In this document: positions 57,500-64,000 of the stretch, piece after piece
How the letters are laid out: each line of letters starts with the position of its first letter
Numbering within the stretch: position 1 is the stretch's first letter
Origin: Thermoplasmata archaeon
Lineage (GTDB): Archaea > Thermoplasmatota > Thermoplasmata > RBG-16-68-12 > JAFNFQ01
Length of the DNA stretch: 64,000 nucleotides
Assembly: GCA_041489255.1 (NCBI GenBank)
Contig: JBGPQV010000006.1
Span: 65,147-129,146, forward strand
Direction of reading: 5' to 3'
Notes under the pieces: model-generated
Told to the model about the DNA's origin: nothing
Database searches by the model: none
What the model saw: only the letters and a program-made list of their open reading frames with translations
Made by a program: the position numbers and the translations under genes

Positions 57500-58129
57500 T
57501 TGGCCAAGCGGAGGAAGCGCGAACCGACATTGGATGAATCTGCCGCAGAAGGTGCGAAGGCAATTGCTCGGGGAATCAGCCGGCTAGGGAGTTTGGTTAT
57601 GGGAGCGGCCAAAGCTCCGAGGCGTCGAAGGATACAGGCCGACTATGAAGATGGGCAGCGAGAGCATGAGGAATATCTTCGACGCACATCCCACGCCCCT
57701 CCCGCGTACATTCAGCCCCTTCAGCCAAGTTACGGATACGTCTCTGGAATGGGTCAAGCTGACGATTTCGACCGACTTATTGCAGCGATCAATGAGTTTC
57801 AGCCAGCTAGAAGGTACCCCAAGGAGATAACGTATCAAGCAGAGCTGTATGCCTGGCTCAAGGCAAAGGTAGGCGGGGTCGAGTTCGAGGCAAAACAGGG
57901 GCATTCAAGGCCAGATATCGTGGCTCTGAATAGGTTTGCCATCGAGGTCAAAGGACCAACGACGCATCAATCGCTCATCACGATTGCCGACAAGCTGCTC
58001 CGCTACCAACTGCACTACGAGCGCGTAATCTGCGTCCTATTCCACCTGGAGTGGGACGAGAAGGGATACGATGAATGGCTGCAGGCGGTAAGGCGCAAGT
58101 ATCCTGAAGCCGTGATTATTCGCAAGTGA
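57500..58129 (+). CDS. PD-(D/E)XK nuclease-fold protein
   Basis: SD AGGAGG + TTG; E..YQ.EL...L...E.....RPDIV.....AIEVKGP. Confidence 0.7.
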   Translation: MAKRRKREPTLDESAAEGAKAIARGISRLGSLVMGAAKAPRRRRIQADYEDGQREHEEYLRRTSHAPPAYIQPLQPSYGYVSGMGQADDFDRLIAAINEFQPARRYPKEITYQAELYAWLKAKVGGVEFEAKQGHSRPDIVALNRFAIEVKGPTTHQSLITIADKLLRYQLHYERVICVLFHLEWDEKGYDEWLQAVRRKYPEAVIIRK

Positions 58130-58531
58130 GCGTCCAGGCTTTCTGAGCCGGATAAGGTGAATCCCTCCCTTGGGCTTACCGATGCCGCTATGCCCAACCA
58201 TATCCTGCGACGCGCCCATCACCTGTTCATCTAGTGAGAGGGTGCGCCTGAGGACATCTTGGAGGCAATGGCTCGTTCGAGCGTGGTGCGAGTGAGACCT
58301 CGATCGTCCATATTGGAATTGAAGCGGAATCAACACCGAATTAGTGCCTGATTCGGGCCACACTCGTGTTTGAAATCCACATCGGTCCAATGACATCCGA
58401 TCCAAGCGGGACATCCAAGCGGTTCATCGTGGCGGGTAGATGAAGTCTTCCTAGCTCTCGAGTCGGCTGCGATGCGATCCCGTCGGAAGGTTTACACCAA
58501 CTTTATTGCCAAACGCGACTTGATTTCACAT

Positions 58532-59092
58532 GTGGTCAGAGAGAGAATTCCGCCCGGGCAGCGGGTGACAGGCAGACTCCCGCGTCTCGACCTGGGTGTC
58601 GTCCCGAAGTTCAACGAGGAGACATGGCGGCTGAGGGTAGAGGGGTTCGTGGAGAAGCCGCTGAAGCTGACATTCGCGGAGGTCCTCAATCTGCCGCGCT
58701 ATTCCGAGACCGCCGACTTCCATTGCGTGACCGGCTGGAGCCGCCTCGACAACAAGTGGGACGGGGTCTCATTCAAGACGATAGTCGACACCGTCAAGCC
58801 GAAACCCGAGGTGCGTTTCGTGACCTTCGAGTGCGGCGACGGATACACGACCTCGTTGCCCCTCGCGGACCTCCTCGCCGGGAACGTGCTGCTCGCGTAC
58901 GCGCTCGATGAGCAGAGGCTAGAGGCGAAGCATGGCGGGCCGCTGAGGATGGTCATCCCGGACAAGTACGGCTACAAGAGCGCGAAGTGGGTCGAGACCA
59001 TCCGATTCACGATCGACGAGGAGATCGGATACTGGGAGCAGCGCGGATACAGCGACACCGCCGACCCGTGGACCGAAGACAGGTACAGCTGA
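58532..59092 (+). CDS. Sulfite oxidase-like molybdopterin oxidoreductase
   Basis: PPGQ, DFHCVTGWS, GYTTSLPL, HGGPLR...P..YGYKSAKW, GYWE.RGY...ADPW.E.RY. Confidence 0.92.
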   Translation: MVRERIPPGQRVTGRLPRLDLGVVPKFNEETWRLRVEGFVEKPLKLTFAEVLNLPRYSETADFHCVTGWSRLDNKWDGVSFKTIVDTVKPKPEVRFVTFECGDGYTTSLPLADLLAGNVLLAYALDEQRLEAKHGGPLRMVIPDKYGYKSAKWVETIRFTIDEEIGYWEQRGYSDTADPWTEDRYS

Positions 59093-59158
59093 GGCGCGGT
59101 CCACTCGTTAAGGTTAAACGGTCTCCTTGCTTCTCGCCACCCATCAAGGGAGATTGAC

Positions 59159-60652
59159 GTGTCCCGCGCGAATGATGCCGTTCAACTTCTCGCATCCATG
59201 CTCAGCACCGAGCGCGCGTCAGGGAGTTACTTCGAGACGGACCTCTACAGCCACGACCTCACAACACTTCCGAAGTTGGCGGCGTTGAACTGGAAGACGA
59301 AGCCCGACGTCGTCGTCACCCCCCGGAGCACGGCGGATGTCAGGACCATCCTGGCGGTGGCGAGGGAGACGAAAGTGCCGGTCGTTCCGCGCGGGGCCGG
59401 GACAACGATGTTCGGCGCTTCGGTGCCGACGCGCGGCGGCATCCTCGTAGATATGAGGTCCATGAACAAGATCCTCAGCGTGGACAAGGACGCTGCGCGA
59501 ATCGAGGCTGAGGCGGGATGCACCTGGTTGGACGCGATGAGAGCGGCAGAATCGGCCGGGCTGTCCATACCTGTCCACCCCGTTTTCGCCCCATCCTCGA
59601 CGCTGGGAGGTTGCCTCGCATCGGGCATGATTGGGTTCGGCGCCCTGAAGCATGGCAGTCCCCGAGACTGGGCCATAGGCTCTGAGGTCGTGCTCGAGGA
59701 TGGAACTGTCCTCACGCCTTCAGACCCGCTCCCGCCGCCGCAGGTGAGCCACCTGCTGGAAGGTTCCGAGGGCACATTGGGGATCATATCAAAGGTCACG
59801 CTACGGTGTCTCCCCGCCCCGGAAGAGATTAGGCCGCTCGCGTACTCTTTCCCGACCATACCCGATGCGCTGAGGCCGATGATGGCGGCGGTGACCGATG
59901 GTCCCGACGCCTGGCATATCGGTTTCCTCGACGAGATCCATTTCAAGTTCGAGCATAACCTCGAACCGGCCACCCCCGAGAGGAAATCCGAGGTCTATGT
60001 CGTTCTCGAAGGGGCGAAAGAGAACATGGCGGAAAGGGAGAAGGCGGTAGATTCGATCATGACGTCGAGCGCGGGGATCAAGATTCCCAACGTCGAAGCC
60101 GCCAAGTCCTGGCAGTCCCGCTTCGATGTGTTCCGGACGAGGAGGATCAGCGGCGGGCTGGTGGTCATTCCATCAATCGTGCCGGCGAACAGGCTCGCGC
60201 AGGCCGTGGCGAGAACGCGCTCCCTCGCGGCGAGGATGAAGATCAATGTCGCGCTCACAGGTTTCATGGCGGGGAAGGATTCTCTGTGCTTCCTGCCCTA
60301 CTACCTCACCGACGATTCGAGGCTCACAGGCCAGATGGCGCTCGGATTCGTCCCGCGGTTCTATAAGATGCTGGTCGGACTCGGCGGTTATCCCCAGGGT
60401 CTCGAGTTGCTGAACCACTACAGGACGAAGGGAGTGGCGGCCGTTCTCGTCAAGAGGCCGATGGCGGTGAGGATGTCCTTCGATCAAACTCGCGCCGCCA
60501 GTCCCGCAAGGAAGATAGGGAGGCACACCAGGCATCCAGCTCCGTTCGGGAAGGTCCACCCGGCTCTGATGGCGGTGCGCCTCGGACTCAACGGCGGGCT
60601 CAGGAAGCTCGGACGAAGGTACAGGTACGACCAGCCGAAGAAGACGAGCTGA
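59159..60652 (+). CDS. FAD-binding oxidoreductase, GlcD/D-lactate dehydrogenase-like (divergent C-terminus)
   Basis: VVPRGAGT...G, GGILVDMRSMNKI, STLGG, GSEGTLGII. Confidence 0.85.
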   Translation: MSRANDAVQLLASMLSTERASGSYFETDLYSHDLTTLPKLAALNWKTKPDVVVTPRSTADVRTILAVARETKVPVVPRGAGTTMFGASVPTRGGILVDMRSMNKILSVDKDAARIEAEAGCTWLDAMRAAESAGLSIPVHPVFAPSSTLGGCLASGMIGFGALKHGSPRDWAIGSEVVLEDGTVLTPSDPLPPPQVSHLLEGSEGTLGIISKVTLRCLPAPEEIRPLAYSFPTIPDALRPMMAAVTDGPDAWHIGFLDEIHFKFEHNLEPATPERKSEVYVVLEGAKENMAEREKAVDSIMTSSAGIKIPNVEAAKSWQSRFDVFRTRRISGGLVVIPSIVPANRLAQAVARTRSLAARMKINVALTGFMAGKDSLCFLPYYLTDDSRLTGQMALGFVPRFYKMLVGLGGYPQGLELLNHYRTKGVAAVLVKRPMAVRMSFDQTRAASPARKIGRHTRHPAPFGKVHPALMAVRLGLNGGLRKLGRRYRYDQPKKTS

Positions 60653-60655
60653 GCG

Positions 60656-61105
60656 CTACGCCCCGCTCCAGACGACGCCCTTGTACGGGCTTATGACAAC
60701 CTGCATTGTGACGCTCCTCGCGCCCTTGACCGTGGGATGCCTGTCCTCGAAGTCCTGATATTCCTTCGTGCTGGGGAACAACATCACCGACATGATGTCG
60801 CTCTCCCCCGCCAATTTGTAGACGGCGATGGTCCTCGGGTGCCGGGCGAGCTGCCTAGTGACCTTTCTCCGGTGTTCGCTGCTCACCTTGACAGTCACGT
60901 AGGCCTTCACGGGATTCTCCATCAATCTGAAGTTGACCTTCGCTGAATAGCCACGGATCAACCCTATCTTTTCCATTTTCCTGATGCGATTCCGCACGGT
61001 GGCTTCGCAGATGCAAAGCTCCTGGCCAATCTCGATGTTCGACTTCCTTGAGTTCTTCACGAGCTTGCCGAGTATGTCGAGGTCGAGCGGGTCTATCGGG
61101 AGCAC
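60656..61105 (-). CDS. Lrp/AsnC family transcriptional regulator
   Basis: D.LD..IL..L..NSR.S..EI...L...EATVRNRI..ME..G.I.GY. Confidence 0.92.
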   Translation of the reverse strand: MLPIDPLDLDILGKLVKNSRKSNIEIGQELCICEATVRNRIRKMEKIGLIRGYSAKVNFRLMENPVKAYVTVKVSSEHRRKVTRQLARHPRTIAVYKLAGESDIMSVMLFPSTKEYQDFEDRHPTVKGARSVTMQVVISPYKGVVWSGA

Positions 61106-61548
61106 TCGGAAGTCGAGGTCCTTCCAACGTTCAACTACGTCGATCGCGGCTTCATCGGGTTTCTTCGGCAGACGGATCCCCGCACACGCATCCGCTCCCC
61201 TTTACTTGAGCGTTGCTGAAGGTTGGATCGCGTGTGAGGGGATTGCGCCCATCGCCTTAGCCCCGCTTGTTATCCCCAAGCAGGTATACCGCGGCCACTG
61301 CCCGCCGCGAATCGGCGCTCCCCGCTCCTTATCTCCGCCATTTTGCATCGCATCGTCTCAGCACTCATAGGGTGATTCGTTCTGGATATCAGCATTGCTC
61401 TTGTGAGCCGTAGAAGAAACCGCCCCGCCCAAATGCATCACGCATGGACGGGCGCATTGGCCCGAAAAGGATTAAGGACGTTAACGAATATCCCGCCACT
61501 GCTTGGTGCTGGCGGAGGAATTCCATCGAGGGCGGTGAAATCCAGAAG

Positions 61549-62046
61549 ATGAGCAGTCAAGGGAATACCGAGCGAGGCGCTTTGATACACTGCACCGGTC
61601 TCAATCAAGGATGGAGGAGGGTCCTAGCGGCGTTCTTCACCATTTCAACGATTGGTGTGCCGGGCGTAATGTTGGCATACTATCTCCAATTGACATCAAT
61701 TGCGGACAGTCTGGAATTCAAAACAGGATGTCTCGCTTTAGTACTAATCTCAGCGTTTATGTTCTCAGTCACATTTTTCATGATGGTGGGTGCCGTTCTA
61801 CACCCTAAAATCGAGATTTACCAGCGTGGCCTCACGACGAATGTCTTCCCGATTTTCAGGGACAAAGAGGGGGATTTCGTGCCGTTCGCTGACATGGAAT
61901 CTTTTGGAATCTCCCGGAATCGACTAACCTGCGCGATAATGCTCCACAATAGAGAGATCCCTCTTTGGTGGCATTCACATTTTCCTGAGGACATCCTCCC
62001 TGTTGCTGAGGCCCTCAGAAAAAACGGCATTCCCGAGACGGACTGA
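61549..62046 (+). CDS. Hypothetical membrane protein (2 TM + PH-like domain)
   Basis: Two hydrophobic helices, then IEIYQRGL...F.....G.FVPFADM; AT-richer codons. Confidence 0.6.
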   Translation: MSSQGNTERGALIHCTGLNQGWRRVLAAFFTISTIGVPGVMLAYYLQLTSIADSLEFKTGCLALVLISAFMFSVTFFMMVGAVLHPKIEIYQRGLTTNVFPIFRDKEGDFVPFADMESFGISRNRLTCAIMLHNREIPLWWHSHFPEDILPVAEALRKNGIPETD

Positions 62047-62317
62047 GCGCGATGCTGCCGGTGATGCCGAGGACTATCCTCTTTCCCTTCAGCTTCTCGC
62101 TCTTGGTGCAGTAGACGCGCTGACTCGAATGCATGCAGACGAGGTGCAGACGGGGGAGAGATCAAAAGATGTTGATGGTTGGACAGCCGGTTGACTTCGA
62201 CCCATCCTCCAATGCGCAGGGGATCCGAATCCCGGCGGGTCCGTACCTTCTCATCGAAAGACAAAGCCAATAAACAGTCTAGGCCAAAGAAGTCTTTCGA
62301 CCCGTTCACCGAGGTTT

Positions 62318-62357
62318 CTGTCTCCCCAAGCTCCCGCCTGGAAACGGGCAGGAGCAC
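62318..62357. repeat. GC-hairpin repeat, copy C
   Basis: CTGTCTCCCCAAGCTCCCGCCTG-GAAA-CGGGCAGGAGCAC. Confidence 0.55.
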
Positions 62358-62502
62358 GCCGATCCCGTCAACGGTCATGGGCATGCCTTATAGGATTAAC
62401 CGCCAAACCGTGGGCTATACTAAAAAAGAGGATTGGACCGCTTATATGGGAACAGGTCAAGAACGCTCATGCCTGATTTTATGCAGAAGATTCAGCACTT
62501 CA

Positions 62503-63234
62503 TCATAGGGTGCTCTGGAGGTCATCCCTCATAGCTTGTAAGAGCGCAGCCCGATACGTCAATATCTTCTGAAAATCCTCTTGAATGGCCTTCTCTTCAG
62601 CTTCTGTCCGTTGTCTTACCTCTTTGGGCAGGTGTTCGACCTGCACTTCGATAGCCCTATGCATCCTATTCGCATTTTGCAGGACTTCTTCGCGGTCTGA
62701 CAGAATGTCCACCTTAAGGAAGGCACGAAAATATTGTTCGACATATCGTATCTGCAACCTTGCGAGTAGCAGGGTCAAAGCAGTGGTGCTGGAATGGAGC
62801 CATTTTATCCACAGTTTCGAGTCGTCACCACTATATCCTTTACCCGAAGCCATGTATTCCTCGTGAGTATCAAGGCGTTCCTCAATGGCGGCATCGTCAA
62901 GCCGCCTCGCATTTTCCACAGAAACCATCAGAAGAGCCTTGCCCGCTTCCACAGCGCGGAACAATGATTCAGGTGTGTTGGCTTCGACTGCCAAAAGGCG
63001 AAGCTGTGACCTCATTGCGAAGTAGGCATCGAAATCCGCCATCGCGTCTTGGATTTCTTCATATGCTCTGAGTTTCTCAATGTATTTCGTCTTCGCTTTC
63101 TCCAATTCCCTGTCAGCTTTATGATTGGCCTCATCCAGTTTGCGCTGTCTCCAAGCACTGAAAATGTAGCCAAAAATAGCCACACCTGCGGCAACCCCAG
63201 CTGAGATGACAATTGTCCAATCAATGTCAGCCAA
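62503..63234 (-). CDS. Hypothetical protein, N-terminal TM anchor + helical/coiled-coil body
   Basis: SD AGGTGA + TTG; hydrophobic N-terminus followed by charged helices; AT-richer. Confidence 0.65.
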   Translation of the reverse strand: MADIDWTIVISAGVAAGVAIFGYIFSAWRQRKLDEANHKADRELEKAKTKYIEKLRAYEEIQDAMADFDAYFAMRSQLRLLAVEANTPESLFRAVEAGKALLMVSVENARRLDDAAIEERLDTHEEYMASGKGYSGDDSKLWIKWLHSSTTALTLLLARLQIRYVEQYFRAFLKVDILSDREEVLQNANRMHRAIEVQVEHLPKEVRQRTEAEEKAIQEDFQKILTYRAALLQAMRDDLQSTL

Positions 63235-63330
63235 GCAATCTCACCTTACCCTACCTGATGAAGGGTATGACCTGCGGGACTAAAAGAGTGTGGTTTCGCG
63301 GCAGGGATGAAGTCCTCTCTGCCACACGAA

Positions 63331-63558
63331 TCAGCCAGTAGCTGGGCGAGAGTAGGCGATGTTTTTCTTGATTCGGCTGAGAGCATAAATGCCCGTAAAG
63401 GCTATCGCCAACAACACCATGATTGATCCAAACCAGCCAACATAATTTCCCGCTGAATAAGCCCTCAAACCCCCATAAGCCACAGGGAACGGTATGATGA
63501 AGGCATTGGCGAGCATTCCTCCCGCTACGCTCACATTATCGCTCTTGTCGTCTATCAT
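63331..63558 (-). CDS. Small two-TM hypothetical protein
   Basis: 75 aa with two hydrophobic segments. Confidence 0.45.
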   Translation of the reverse strand: MIDDKSDNVSVAGGMLANAFIIPFPVAYGGLRAYSAGNYVGWFGSIMVLLAIAFTGIYALSRIKKNIAYSRPATG

Positions 63559-63635
63559 CAGGGATTGTTATACGGCTGTCCTTGCTTAAGCTGTTTTTGA
63601 AGGGTATGCGAAAGTGCATACCAGTTCTGCCGGAC

Positions 63636-64000
63636 TGGTATGCGACCCCCTCGGTTGGACAGATCCTGACCCGTTTCACTTTGCACTCACGCTCACCTCC
63701 TCGTGATACTCGCTCGGCGTCATCCACCTCAACCTCTGCTTCGGTTTAATGGTGTTGTAGTCCTCCCTCGCCCACGCCACGTACGCCTCCGCCTCGGCGA
63801 ACGAGTCGAAGACGAGCGTCCTGAGGTAGTCCCTCTCCAGTCCCGCGTGGAACGACTCGACCACTCCGTTGTCCTCGGGCGTCTGCTTCTGTATGTGCTC
63901 GGTCCTCATGCCGAGCAAACGCGCGTGCTCCCTGAACCTGTCGCTCGCGTACGCCGGCATGTTGTCGACTCGGAGGACAGTCGCCGGGGCGAGACACGCG
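63636..64000 (-). mobile_element. IS3/IS481-type insertion sequence, right end (transposase C-terminus 63676-63999 plus terminal IR)
   Basis: LRVDN..AY...TPEDNGVVESFH..L....L...YN...P...L...TP integrase core; IS3-like end CTGTCCAACCGAGGGGGTCGCATACCA terminating in CA at 63636. Confidence 0.88.

Noticed and set aside
63255-63300. Hammerhead ribozyme or C/D box RNA suggested by CTGATGA
   Set aside because: No GAAA after a stem II and no properly placed D box
1-64000. CRISPR array, rRNA, SRP RNA or RNase P RNA
   Set aside because: No regularly spaced repeat-spacer units and no hallmark motifs found by eye
1-64000. Many long overlapping or antisense ORFs in the track (e.g. 39733-41007, 45263-46828, 54092-55294, 50976-52109)
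   Set aside because: Shadow frames of GC3-rich real genes; Arg/Pro-rich with no motifs

Overview
GC-rich archaeal chromosome segment. Gene content (Rpo7/Spt4, Rpo4, Alba, eL/eS ribosomal proteins, aIF-6, RAD55/KaiC plus DUF835, headless complex I with two NuoM) points to an uncultured Thermoplasmatota lineage (inference). The core holds transcription/translation clusters, a NreA DNA-repair operon, glycine cleavage P subunits, an isoprenoid/quinone cluster and an 11-gene complex I-like operon. Accessory DNA lies at the left end (SIR2-domain gene, 90-bp MITE, wHTH orphan), inside the spt4-DPCK junction (1.45-kb insert with 15-bp direct repeats), next to tRNA-Ser, and at the right end (orphans, hairpin repeats, IS3-type transposase). 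Main observations: (1) the complex I operon (A-C-D-H-J1-J2-K-L-M-M-N) encodes no Fe-S subunit, lacking NuoB and NuoI, yet keeps the NuoD quinone-site residues and a 26-aa duplication in the NuoL lateral helix; (2) up to three genes appear to start at ACG/GCG codons at normal Shine-Dalgarno spacing; (3) a tRNA-Arg has a T-loop (59/60) intron; (4) the spt4-DPCK insert appears to supply a replacement promoter and N-terminus to the downstream gene; (5) a GC-hairpin repeat family is dispersed among accessory genes. All family assignments are from motif recognition by eye; no searches were run.
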